Source: a virus (Duplodnaviria; Caudoviricetes). Taken from it: a stretch of 49,523 bases of DNA. The translations under genes and the position numbers were made by a program. Location: positions 1 to 49,523 of IMG/VR virus record IMGVR_UViG_3300017780_003812; one strand, given 5' to 3'. Shown here piece by piece: positions 27,301 to 36,900 of this stretch (positions are counted from its first letter, which is position 1; each line of letters starts with the position of its first letter). Below the pieces are notes generated by a model, which was not told the DNA's origin, made no database searches, and was given only the letters and a program-made list of their open reading frames with translations.

Positions 27301-29187
27301 GATTCATTTATTGGTAAATCTTTTAATTTTGGAGAAAGAGTAACCACGGTTGCAGCTCAAGATTACAAAGCTGCCGATAGATTTTCTGATATTACTTATA
27401 GTGGTATTTACAATGGAGAGTCAAATATCAATAAACTAAATGAATTTAATGCAGGTTTGTCTAATTTTAAACATTGTGAGTCTTCTTTTGGACCAATTCA
27501 ATTATTAGATGGTAGAAATACAGATGTTCTTACTTTACAAGAAGATAAAATATCTTACGTTTTAGCTGAGAAAAACTTATTATCGGATGCAAGTGCCGGA
27601 GGTATTATTACAGCCACTCCTGAGGTCTTGGGAACTCAAATAGCCCGTACTGAAAAGTATGGCATTAGTTTTAATCCTGAGAGTTATGTTCAATGGGGAT
27701 TTGATAGATTTTTTGCAGATGCAAAACGTGGAGCTGTTATTCAATTAAAAGGAGGCGATAGTCAAAATGAGCAGTTAGTAGTTATATCAGAGCAAAGTAT
27801 GAGAACTTGGTTTAGAGATAAATTTAATGCTTCATTTAATTTTCAAAAACTTGGAGGCTTTGACCCTTATATGAATGAGTACGTGTTGTCTATGAATGAC
27901 CAAGAGCTACCTACAAACCCTCAATGCTTAGCTTGTGGTACTTCTCAAACATTTACATTCTCTATTGATACAGAAGTCTCAAAAACATTTGAGTATTGCG
28001 TTGACTTAGGTCCTCTTGTGGGTACTTCTGAGATAACTTGGTCTTTTACAACTATATACCCGGGTACAACTTTAAATGTAAGTGTAAACTACAATGGAAC
28101 TGTTGTAAGTTCAGGACCAACAAATGTAGATGGAAGTATTTTCTTCGACAAGAATAATATCTTGGTTGAAACAGCAGATGTAACTCTTACATATACGGGA
28201 GATATGGTTGTAGATGTACTTGCTGACTGTTGTCAAGCTGAACCAATGACTATAATTGAAGTTGTTCTAACAAACAATTCAGAGGCAGGACAAACAATCC
28301 ATACTCAATACAGATATACTGATGGAGCTTTTATAGGACCTCTTCTTTCTAACTTAGTTTTATTTGGAAGCGGAACAGCAAGTCCTCTTGTATCAAGATA
28401 TAACACAACTTCAGGGTTTGTAGGTTCAGGTGCGTTTCCTACTGAGTTTAGTACTATGAGATTGTCAACAAATGCAATATCTCCTGATAGTTTTGTGTTT
28501 AATATAGCTCAAGATAAATTTAGATATTTAAGAAGTGTTGCTTTGTACAACAATACCAATGTTGATATGAACGCTTTATTAGTGGCTTCTACTGTAGCTA
28601 TACCTAATGCAGGTTCAGCTCCATTGTACTATGCAGATTTCATAGTTCCTGCAAGTTCAGTTGGACAGTATCTTTATTTAATTTGGGATTTAAGAGATGC
28701 TATTCCTGCCGAGTTATGCTTTGGAGGAACTCTTAATGATTCTTGCTGTAGTTGTGTTTTGGGTAATTACTATCTAAATGCATCTTTTGATACAGCCACA
28801 GCTATATTTAATGACATTAACTTATCTATACCTGCAACTAATGGGTTCTACTCAACAGGAGGAATTGTTAGAGAGTTACAAGATGGAGTTTTATTACCTG
28901 CTCAACCTTGTAGTTCTTGTGGAGTTGAAGTATCTTTGTGTTTTGGCACAAGTGCTGTAGATGTATGTTGTAATTGTGATTTAACGTGTGATACTCCTTA
29001 CAATTACTATGAAGTAACAAATAATGAGGCTTTTGATACAACACTTTATTTTTATGACCAAGAAGGAATACTAACAAGTTTACCTTTATTAGCTTCGGCA
29101 GTAGGAGTAGTATATTGTTCTATTGGAGAGCCTTATGCTGACACAAGTATAACTATTATAAATGTTCTATGTGATTGCGTAGTATAA
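24328..29187 (+). CDS. Tail stabilisation / muzzle protein (P22 gp10-like) with Cys-rich C-terminal extension
   Basis: 'F..GRMNK..D.RL.P.GEY.DAMN', 'FFTDDYNAPR.IN', 'FAYRYKY.DGEYS', 'NRLMYGNY'. Confidence 0.8.
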   Translation: MADVTRNFLAGRMNKVVDQRLLPDGEYIDAMNVRMGSTEMAEVGVITNTKGNLFLTSLAYINGTPLSTQARTIGAIQDSANETIYWFVHDPAFTVGATGKLDLIVSFNVLTNILTYHVISINDGGGVNTTLNFNPTYLITGVNLIENLIFFTDDYNAPRFININPPTNRYPNPIANIDQVSAEALLVIKKPPTESPTVTPVITSGQENFLETRFICFAYRYKYVDGEYSATSQWSEPAFVPQPFQFSSNSMLNEGMVNSCNTAIIEYNSGGPLVVEVDLLFKESNKNIIKVIEKLNKAEDLGGVNNQVLQYSFNNSKIFTVLNEAEILRLYDSVPRYAKAQTIMGNRLMYGNYLEGYDLIDKNGQPTKFEYTTQLLSEEIGQTTLIDSTGNGVYNIDPTSTGEVINSSIMTFDLAGITLSEGSAITLNMTIVHSTFTGGLPFPVETTDFIDLDFIFTLTTSYPSVYALATSNEFQQAIGTIANIKPVYSSNPLTETSCDGTTFTDQLNCLLPNNLDALIKYGSGINAILQPIKIISTPASTIIGLQLIAMEYVNSVTTPTQRVYEYYNFTFARAIFQEISNPSSLHSNRGYEVGIVYMDEFNRSTTALVSLNNTVFVPCGYSASKNTIQITIPFEQRAPSWAKRYKFVIKPDAENYETIYANIFFTDPDSNDVYFLLEGDNMRKVEDGDRLIVKADTSGPTTSCTYATVLEKNAQAADFIIPKEGTEALAGLYMKMNPNSFNLVVDPNAIINPGMRSDFTGITNRTNCAVIQYPMNIAGTDPSNPSWTFVDYTVPSGSRIKIYAKGNRSGGSGGCECNGTLWEVTFTSSRDYDNMYDWWNGDNVSAVLDNPNISQCGGATLVYQTGLGQPSCSFNTQYFRFNRDVTTNRLWLNYTAGWACSGVGADYRRYFIDLEVTVFRALNTIIWETQPQDSLPDVFFENNLSFAIDVDGNHAGNVQNQNIATGTPAIIDTGFYNCYAFGNGAESYKIRDSFIGKSFNFGERVTTVAAQDYKAADRFSDITYSGIYNGESNINKLNEFNAGLSNFKHCESSFGPIQLLDGRNTDVLTLQEDKISYVLAEKNLLSDASAGGIITATPEVLGTQIARTEKYGISFNPESYVQWGFDRFFADAKRGAVIQLKGGDSQNEQLVVISEQSMRTWFRDKFNASFNFQKLGGFDPYMNEYVLSMNDQELPTNPQCLACGTSQTFTFSIDTEVSKTFEYCVDLGPLVGTSEITWSFTTIYPGTTLNVSVNYNGTVVSSGPTNVDGSIFFDKNNILVETADVTLTYTGDMVVDVLADCCQAEPMTIIEVVLTNNSEAGQTIHTQYRYTDGAFIGPLLSNLVLFGSGTASPLVSRYNTTSGFVGSGAFPTEFSTMRLSTNAISPDSFVFNIAQDKFRYLRSVALYNNTNVDMNALLVASTVAIPNAGSAPLYYADFIVPASSVGQYLYLIWDLRDAIPAELCFGGTLNDSCCSCVLGNYYLNASFDTATAIFNDINLSIPATNGFYSTGGIVRELQDGVLLPAQPCSSCGVEVSLCFGTSAVDVCCNCDLTCDTPYNYYEVTNNEAFDTTLYFYDQEGILTSLPLLASAVGVVYCSIGEPYADTSITIINVLCDCVV

Positions 29188-29204
29188 TTTAATTTAAAAA
29201 AAAT

Positions 29205-30131
29205 ATGGCAATAAATTCTCCTTTTTTCTTAGATGCTGTTGATTTAGCTACAGCTACAGCGGTATATTTAGATTTATCATTAACAAACATAGCTCCTGAT
29301 GGATTCTATGGAGATGGAACTATAACAAGAGAGCAGTCATCAGGAATACTTTTGACTGCTGAGGCTTGTGCTACGTGTGGAACTTCTTGTGGAAGTCCTA
29401 TTTCAGGAAGTGGGGGTCAAGGTATTTATCAAGTAAATTTAGATACAGGAACTATTGATACAGGAGCTATAGTAATTAGATTTGACCCTCAAAGTGTGCC
29501 TGATGGTTTCAGAGCAACTTACGATGGAGTTGTATATAATAAATTATCTTCTCCTGTAGATGGTTTACACGAAAGTACAAATCCCACTCATTTTACAGTA
29601 GTAGGAAATACAGGAAGTGATTGTGGATTGGCAGGAAATACCACAAACTTACCCTCATTAACTGAATATCTTTATAATGGAACTTCATTTGTTGCAACAG
29701 GAAATACTCAATCAGTTACTTTACTTCCCGGAGATATTTCTTTAGGAACCTCTCCCGGTTTTTGTGTTATTGTAATACCAAAACCTACAAGCACTCCTAA
29801 CAATGTGCTTCTCGAAATGCTTGGTCCTTGTTTGGGTACAGCTTGGGATTTAACAGCAGCTTGTCCTGTGGCTTTGCCTTCATTTTCAAGTTCAATAGAA
29901 TATGAATCTTCATCTATATTTTGTAGCGAACCTTTAACTGAGACTTACTATTTCGCAAAAGTTCACACAGCAGCAGATACTTTTGTAGGTTTATATGATT
30001 ATGTTTTTTCAGATGCAAATGGAGAATTTCCTCTTGTTAATGGATTCTATTTAACAAATAATGTAGCGGTTCCAAATCAAGTTTTAACTGTTCAAAACGG
30101 AATTGTAGTAGCAATAACAAACTGTATATAA
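29205..30131 (+). CDS. Cys-rich virion appendage protein
   Basis: Shares the 'TATA.Y.D..L...A.DGFY...RE...G.L...C..C' module with the muzzle C-terminus. Confidence 0.65.
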   Translation: MAINSPFFLDAVDLATATAVYLDLSLTNIAPDGFYGDGTITREQSSGILLTAEACATCGTSCGSPISGSGGQGIYQVNLDTGTIDTGAIVIRFDPQSVPDGFRATYDGVVYNKLSSPVDGLHESTNPTHFTVVGNTGSDCGLAGNTTNLPSLTEYLYNGTSFVATGNTQSVTLLPGDISLGTSPGFCVIVIPKPTSTPNNVLLEMLGPCLGTAWDLTAACPVALPSFSSSIEYESSSIFCSEPLTETYYFAKVHTAADTFVGLYDYVFSDANGEFPLVNGFYLTNNVAVPNQVLTVQNGIVVAITNCI

Positions 30132-30133
30132 TT

Positions 30134-30946
30134 ATGAATTACACATTATCATATAGCGAAGGGGTTGCCGGTTGGGTATCTTTCTATTCTTATTATCCTG
30201 ATTGGATGATTGGAATGAACAACTATTTTTATACTTTTAAAGGTGGGAATCTTTACAAGCACAATGTAAATAATTTAAGAAATACATTCTATCAACCTTG
30301 GTGGACTCAGTATATGCAGCCTGCAAATGCTTTCACACCAACATCTATTCAAACGGTATTTAATACTGCTGCCATTGAAAATAAATTATTTAAAACCATA
30401 AACATAGAAGGAGATGCCCCTTGGGGAGCAACTTTAGAGACTGATTTGCAAGTTTCAGGATTTATAGACCAATCTTGGTTTGAGAAAAAAGAAGCGGCTT
30501 ATTTTGCGTTTGTTAGAAATAACAGTATTGGAGAATTTGCACTTAGAAGTTTAAATGGAATTGGTAGAAGTTTTCAAGTTACAGGAGGTGTTGTAATTAA
30601 GTTCTCAATTAACCCATTAATATCTATAGGAAACATAATTAGTATTGGAGATTTAATTTATTTCTTTCAACCTCCTGCAAATACGCCTTTGCTTGCAGGA
30701 AAGGTAACAGCGGTTACAGTTGATTATCCAAATAACTTAAACCAAATAACAATTACAACCGTAGTTCCGGGAGCTATAGTAACTCCAATAACTACGCAGA
30801 ATGCTTATTTCTTGTACGTTAAAAATTCTGTAGCTGAATCTCACGGTGTTTTAGGACACTATTGTACAACTACATTATCTAATAATTACAATAGTAAAAT
30901 TGAGTTATTTGCAGTTGAAGCTAATGTAATGAAAAGTTTCCCTTAA
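30134..30946 (+). CDS. Tail protein resembling the C-terminal part of the muzzle protein
   Basis: 'TLSYSE...GWVSFYSY.P..M', 'KLFKTI.IEG', 'G..GHY...L.N....ELF'. Confidence 0.7.
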   Translation: MNYTLSYSEGVAGWVSFYSYYPDWMIGMNNYFYTFKGGNLYKHNVNNLRNTFYQPWWTQYMQPANAFTPTSIQTVFNTAAIENKLFKTINIEGDAPWGATLETDLQVSGFIDQSWFEKKEAAYFAFVRNNSIGEFALRSLNGIGRSFQVTGGVVIKFSINPLISIGNIISIGDLIYFFQPPANTPLLAGKVTAVTVDYPNNLNQITITTVVPGAIVTPITTQNAYFLYVKNSVAESHGVLGHYCTTTLSNNYNSKIELFAVEANVMKSFP

Positions 30947-30952
30947 ATTTAA

Positions 30953-30960
30953 TATCTTTG
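30953..30960 (+). promoter_or_regulatory. Bacteroidota -7 promoter element
   Basis: TATCTTTG(TA), intergenic. Confidence 0.5.
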
Positions 30961-30967
30961 TATCAAT

Positions 30968-31378
30968 ATGAAGTTAAATATTAGACCTCTTAATGAAAAT
31001 GATTACGAAGAAATTCTTGTAGAATGGTGGAAACAATGGAATTGGGAACCACCTGCTAAAGATTTTTTACCTGATGATGGCAAAGGTGGTATAATTGTTT
31101 ACGATGGAGATACACCAATTTGTGCAGGTTTTATATACGTTACAAATTCAAAAGTGGCTTGGGTAGATTGGATTATATCTAACAAAGAATATAGAATAAA
31201 AGATAAAAGAAGAGAGGCAATTAAATTACTAATAGAATCTCTTACTAATATTTGTAAAAACACAGGAAGCAAATACGGATATGCATTGATTAAAAATAAA
31301 AGTTTAATCAAAACATATACAGACCAAGGTTGGTCTGAAGGACAAGGATATACAAGTGAAATGATTAAAATACTATAA
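30968..31378 (+). CDS. GNAT-like acetyltransferase / tail assembly protein
   Basis: 'IRPL...D', 'WIIS.KEYR'; position equivalent to the GNAT-like gene preceding internal virion proteins in podoviruses. Confidence 0.6.
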   Translation: MKLNIRPLNENDYEEILVEWWKQWNWEPPAKDFLPDDGKGGIIVYDGDTPICAGFIYVTNSKVAWVDWIISNKEYRIKDKRREAIKLLIESLTNICKNTGSKYGYALIKNKSLIKTYTDQGWSEGQGYTSEMIKIL

Positions 31379-31379
31379 T

Positions 31380-32153
31380 ATGGGAGTAGCAACAGCAGTA
31401 GCGATAGGTGGTTTAGCTATATCAGCAGGAACCACAGCAATGTCCTTTATGGATGCAAGTGCTCAAAAAAAGAAAATGAGAGAAGCCGAGGCAGAATCAG
31501 CGGCTGCAATGGCAGCGGCACGTAAAAAACTTGAAATTAATTACACAGACGAAATGGCTATAAAGAAAGAGCCTTATGAACTTGAAAGGGAAGCTATGCT
31601 TTCCGCAGGAGCTCAAGCTATTCAGGCAGGTGTTGAATCAGAAAGAGGAGGAGTTGCAACAGCAGGTAAGGTTTTAATGGCTCAGAACGAAGCTCAGGCA
31701 GGTATAAGAACTGAAATGGGTAAAGAGCTGACTGACATTGAAAACAAACAAATAGCAGAGCAAAGTCGTTTAAGAGATTTAGGAGTTCAGTTAGATTTGG
31801 GAGAAGTAGAAGGTGCTAATAAGGCAGCAGCGGATGCAGAAAGAGCAGCGGCTCAATCAACATCTGAAGGATTTCAAGGGCTAACATCTACCCTTCAACA
31901 AGGATTAGCTATGGTTCCTTTATTTGCAGGAGGAGGTCTAAAACAAGGCAAATTAGGAAAAGCTCAACTTAGTAATGAACAATTCCAAAAAATTGGAAAT
32001 GTGCAAGGAGGAAGTATGGGAGTTGATGGGGCAACAGGATTTACTAATTTAGATTTGGATGCAGTAAAAAATATGAGTAGAACTCAATTTAAAAAATTCA
32101 AATCAGACTTAACTCCGGCTCAGTCTGACCTATTAATACAATATATGAATTAA
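31380..32153 (+). CDS. Putative internal virion / ejection protein 1
   Basis: Hydrophobic G/A-rich N-terminus, A/Q-rich helical body. Confidence 0.65.
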   Translation: MGVATAVAIGGLAISAGTTAMSFMDASAQKKKMREAEAESAAAMAAARKKLEINYTDEMAIKKEPYELEREAMLSAGAQAIQAGVESERGGVATAGKVLMAQNEAQAGIRTEMGKELTDIENKQIAEQSRLRDLGVQLDLGEVEGANKAAADAERAAAQSTSEGFQGLTSTLQQGLAMVPLFAGGGLKQGKLGKAQLSNEQFQKIGNVQGGSMGVDGATGFTNLDLDAVKNMSRTQFKKFKSDLTPAQSDLLIQYMN

Positions 32154-32166
32154 TACAATATATGAA
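32133..32166 (+). repeat. 17-bp perfect tandem duplication
   Basis: ttaatacaatatatgaa x2 across the stop codon. Confidence 0.85.
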
Positions 32167-32178
32167 ATAATATAAAAA

Positions 32179-33948
32179 ATGGCTACATACTATAAATATG
32201 CAGATAGGGATGCAGATTCCCAAGTAAATTGGGCAGCAGTAGGTAAGGATATGAGTGATATGCTTGCGGAAACTAATCGTGTCCGTGAGGAGAAAAAAGC
32301 CGCAATAGACCAAACTACTCGTGAATCTTTATTACAATTAGCTCAATCTCCTCAAGGAGAAAATGAGAACGCAAGGTCAGAAATATTAAGATATGCGAGT
32401 AATGCTTCTGAAATGGTAAAAATCCAAGACAGATTACTAAAATCAGGAGAGCTTAGCTTAAAAGATTATACCATATTCAGACAAAACTTGAATGATGGCA
32501 CAAACTTGGCTTTCAATGCAAATAAAGCCTATCAAGAGCAGTATGCTCAAGTAATGAATGACGACACTCTTTCTGATTTAGTTAAGCAAAATTTTGCAGA
32601 AGTTGAAGGTTATGGTAATTGGAATCAATCAGGGCTGTACATAAATAAAAATGGTACGGTAATGGCTGCATTGAAAACCAAAAAAACGATTGATGGAAAA
32701 GAGGTTTACACAATGGATGATACACCGGGTAATATGCAAAGCGTTGATGCTATCAATCAAATGATTTATGGTAAAATAAAGAAATTTGACTACGTAACAC
32801 CAACAAAAGAATTTGCTGATAATTTAGGCGTTGAGGAAATGTCTGTTGTGAGTAAAAGTGGATTGTTTAAGCAGGGATATGTATTAAAAACAGATGACAT
32901 AACAAAAAGAACTGACTTAACTGAAGATGAAAAAAGTATTTTATTCAAATTTGCTGATGCTGAGAAACAAGCAATAGAAGCTATGATTGGTACAGATACC
33001 AATTATGCTACTTTGCTTATAGATAGAGTAAATTACAATAAGGACAAGAAGCTTTATGAGACCACATATAGCAAAGAAGAGGCAGATAAAAATCCTAACT
33101 TAATTTTAAAAGTATTCGACCCGAAATCAGGTGGACATAAATATGAAATATCTGATGCACAAAAAGAAGAAGGGCGTGAGTTTATGAGAAATCAAATGAG
33201 AGCTCAGTACGATAAAAAATCTGATGTTAATATGTCTTCTCAATTATCAAGAAACGATAAGCCTGTTGCTAATAAAGATGCAGATGATAAGGATAAAGAA
33301 ATTGTAAACACAGCTCAAATGATTGGCACTCTTTGGGGAGGAGCTAACGGTGCGACTATCGCTAAAGCTACTACAGCATTTAGAGATATTAACCCTAATA
33401 TAGAGAAAGTAGATAGAACCTTAAAAGGTGTAATTGTTACTCTAAAAGGTCCTGATGGAAAACTACAGAAAAGAGAACTTCCTTTCTATGGCACAGATGG
33501 AAAATTAATGACTCAAGAACAATTTATTTTATCGGCAGGTCCATTATTAGGTGGTAATGCAGATTATTTATCAGCAGTTAAAAGAGGTGGATTCATTAAA
33601 GGTGCCAAATTTAATGACAAAGACGAAGAGTTTTCTGAAGTAACACGTGAAGCTGCTCCTGTAAAAGCTAAAACAGTAACAGTAACAGATGACTTATTTA
33701 CAGACTCAGATGAAGACGATTCTGCAACATCAATGCAACAAAAATTAACAACCGCAGGTTTTGATGTCGGAAATGTAGGAGATAAGAACAAATGGACTGT
33801 GGAAAATACAGGAGGATTTGATGATATAGTTACAGTAACTGCACCAAACGGAAATGTTTTTAAATATAGTTCCGATGGAAATGCTGAAAGAAGAGCAGCA
33901 GATAAAGTAGGACTTGCTCAATTTATAAAAGACCAACAAGCACCATAA
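32179..33948 (+). CDS. Putative internal virion / ejection protein 2
   Basis: Position; helical N-terminus; C-terminal TAPNG module. Confidence 0.6.
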   Translation: MATYYKYADRDADSQVNWAAVGKDMSDMLAETNRVREEKKAAIDQTTRESLLQLAQSPQGENENARSEILRYASNASEMVKIQDRLLKSGELSLKDYTIFRQNLNDGTNLAFNANKAYQEQYAQVMNDDTLSDLVKQNFAEVEGYGNWNQSGLYINKNGTVMAALKTKKTIDGKEVYTMDDTPGNMQSVDAINQMIYGKIKKFDYVTPTKEFADNLGVEEMSVVSKSGLFKQGYVLKTDDITKRTDLTEDEKSILFKFADAEKQAIEAMIGTDTNYATLLIDRVNYNKDKKLYETTYSKEEADKNPNLILKVFDPKSGGHKYEISDAQKEEGREFMRNQMRAQYDKKSDVNMSSQLSRNDKPVANKDADDKDKEIVNTAQMIGTLWGGANGATIAKATTAFRDINPNIEKVDRTLKGVIVTLKGPDGKLQKRELPFYGTDGKLMTQEQFILSAGPLLGGNADYLSAVKRGGFIKGAKFNDKDEEFSEVTREAAPVKAKTVTVTDDLFTDSDEDDSATSMQQKLTTAGFDVGNVGDKNKWTVENTGGFDDIVTVTAPNGNVFKYSSDGNAERRAADKVGLAQFIKDQQAP

Positions 33949-33959
33949 AATAAATTAAT

Positions 33960-36900
33960 ATGAACGAGAAATATTTACAAGACTTATATGCTTTGATAAA
34001 ACAAAAAGACTCTTCCTATGAAGGAAGATATTCTTACGAGCAATTCAAAACAAAAATTCAAGATGATGCTTACGCTGAGCAAATGCACAGTTGGCTTTCA
34101 ACGAATGATGAGTCTTTTAAGCAAAAACCTTTAGAGACATTTATCGGAGAAGTAAAAGGTGGTAGAAGACTTGTTACAGCTCAAAAAAAAAAGTTTTCAT
34201 TGGACTCAGAAGTACCTCAGCAGGGAAAAGCAGCTTCTACGGGATTATCCTCGGGAAATGGTTCTTTGGCTACTCAACCTACGAGTAAAAAAGTTTTTGC
34301 GGCAGATAAACGTATATCAAACAGTTTATCTACCATCAACCAAGACCTTATGAACGACACGGAAGAGAATGTCGTTTCCAAATTATCTAAGGACAAAAAC
34401 TTTAAAGAGTTAGGATTTTCTTTTGAAGAGTCAGGTTTTATGGGAGACTATATGACTGTTACTGCTCCTAATGGGCAGAAAAAAGAAATTTCATTAGACA
34501 ATTTTTTAAATAGCAAATCTGCTGCACAATCAGTAGAACTGAAAAATTTCATAAATAAGAATACCACTAAAGAAAAAAAGGCAAATCTCGAAGAGATTGC
34601 TTATATAGAAGATACTAATGCTCAAAAATTACAGTCCGAAAAGAAAAAACTTGGTCAGCAATTTGTTAAAGAAGGTGCTAAACCTATTGACAAAAAAAAT
34701 AGCAAATATCTTAACGACAGATTAAAAACTATTGATGCTAAATTGATTAATCAAAATGAAGAATATATTGTTCCTCAAATGAATTATCAGTTTGGAGATT
34801 TAGGTTTTAAATTTGAAGAGTCAGGTATGACAGGAGACTATATGATTGCCACTGCTCCTAACGGAAAAAAAATGGAGATTTCTTTAGACCCTTTTATGAG
34901 TTCTAAAGCTGTTTCTGAATCTTCAAAACTACAGCAATTTATAAAAGAAAACACTTCCGATAAAGGACTTTATATTGTTGAGAAATCAGCAAACGAAGGC
35001 TACCAAAAAATAGAAAATCAAAAACAAGTCGATACTTCTATTAAAAAAATATCAGATGAAGCCAATTCTTTGAACAATGATTTAAAGGCTTTTCTTTCAA
35101 GAAAAAATGCATTAGATAGTACTTTTCAAAAAGGAAGCGAAGGATATAATAAAATGCAAGCAGAGTTAATTGCAGAAAGAGATGCTTTAATTAAAAAACA
35201 AAATAATCTAAAAACTAAGGAAGTTCTTCTTAAAAAATCAGTTGGAAAATATACTGAGATGAAATCTCAACAAGGTACTTATTTAGCAGGTACTTGGAAT
35301 GCGTTTTTAGATGCGTATGCAAGTGCATCAGCAGGACTTGCTGATTTATCAACTGATATTATGGTTGAACTTACTCCAACTGAAGCACTAATGCTACCTG
35401 AAGATTTGAAAAATGAATCAGTTGGTATTGCTAAAAAATTAGGTATTAAAGGTCCATCTGCTAACCAAACTTTTGCTCAATGGAAAAAAACTTTAACAGA
35501 AGACCAATTGGATGATGTTGAAGATGAGATTGACGATGCTGCAAAAAAATATGCAAAGAAAGATTTAATTCCTGCTATTAGACAAGGTAATAGACAGGTT
35601 TTCGGAAGCTCTACTGCTACTCCTGAATGGGAGCAATTACAATCAGAGGATTTTTGGGCAGGTTCTTACTTTGGTCTTGTAAAAACAATACCTGCACTTG
35701 CAGGTGCGGCAGGACCGGCAGGTTGGACACAGAGAACAGCTACTATGTACTCAATGGTAAGTGATGGTATTAGACAAGAGATGGATAAAAATCCTGAATT
35801 TGCAAAGGTTTCTGAAAATGAAAAACTTGCAGTAGTATTACCTATTGGTATAACAGGAGCTGTATTGGAAGAGTTTGGTTTGAGAAATATAAAAGGAAGT
35901 ACAGGTTTAATAAATAGAATAGCAATGAGTGCTCTTGGTAAATCAGGAACACGAACTACTGCCAAGTCATTTAGAGAACTTGTAGAAAACGAAGTTGAAA
36001 GTAAGTTAGCCAAGGGAGTTCTTACTATTACATCTGCCGGTCTTGCTGAGTTTGAATCAGGTGCAGGTCAAGAACTTACCGAAACAGGAATCAAAGAGAT
36101 ATACAATGTAATAAAAGATAAAGAAATGTTCAATACTCCTGACAGCATAGGAGACTTGATTAACAACGTAGTAAAAGCAGGTGCACAAGAGGCTGTTGGT
36201 GGTTTTGTATTGGGTATGCCTACTGCTGTAAGTGCAGCTTATTCTCAAAAAGGATTTCTAAATATGGATAATCAAACTTTTAGATTATTTGAAGATGCGG
36301 CAAACGATGAAAATATTCAAAAAGCATTTATAACTGATTTAAAAACAAAAATAACTCAGGGAGTTATGACTACAGCTGAGGCTAAGGAGCAGTTAAATGA
36401 CTACCGTAACTCAATTGGTTTATTTAAGTCTTTACCTGAGGGGCTAAATACTCAACAAAAAAAGGAAGCGATGAATCTCTTGAAAGAAAAAAGAGATTTA
36501 GAAAATCAAGTAGATGGCAAAGACCCTTCTTTAGTTGTAAAATTAAAAGAAAGAATTGGTGTTATAGACGCTTCTCTTGTTGGAATATCTGAAACCGCAG
36601 CCAATGACAAAGCAGTAGCTGAATCAAACAGAAAAGAGTTTGAAGACTTACCTGATGCAGAAAAAACAAAGCTAAAAGAAGAGGCAGGGAAGAATATAAT
36701 GGATATGATTGGCGATAGAAACGACCAAGATATTGAATTAGATGATGAAACATTAACTGAGTTTGCTTTTAAAGATTTTGTAAAACAAAAGGAGAACAAT
36801 AATAGAATAGCTGAAATAGAGGCTACGCTATCTCCTGATGCTGAAACACCGGTTGTAGGAAGAGCTAAAAGAAAATTAGAAAAAGAATTAGGAAAACTTA

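Noticed and set aside
32133-32166. 17-bp tandem duplication as a regulatory element
   Set aside because: It changes only the last residue of the ORF; most simply a replication slippage event
34159-34353. +1-frame 64-aa ORF in the giant gene
   Set aside because: GTG start with poor context and no recognisable features; the -1 frame at the same site is the better candidate
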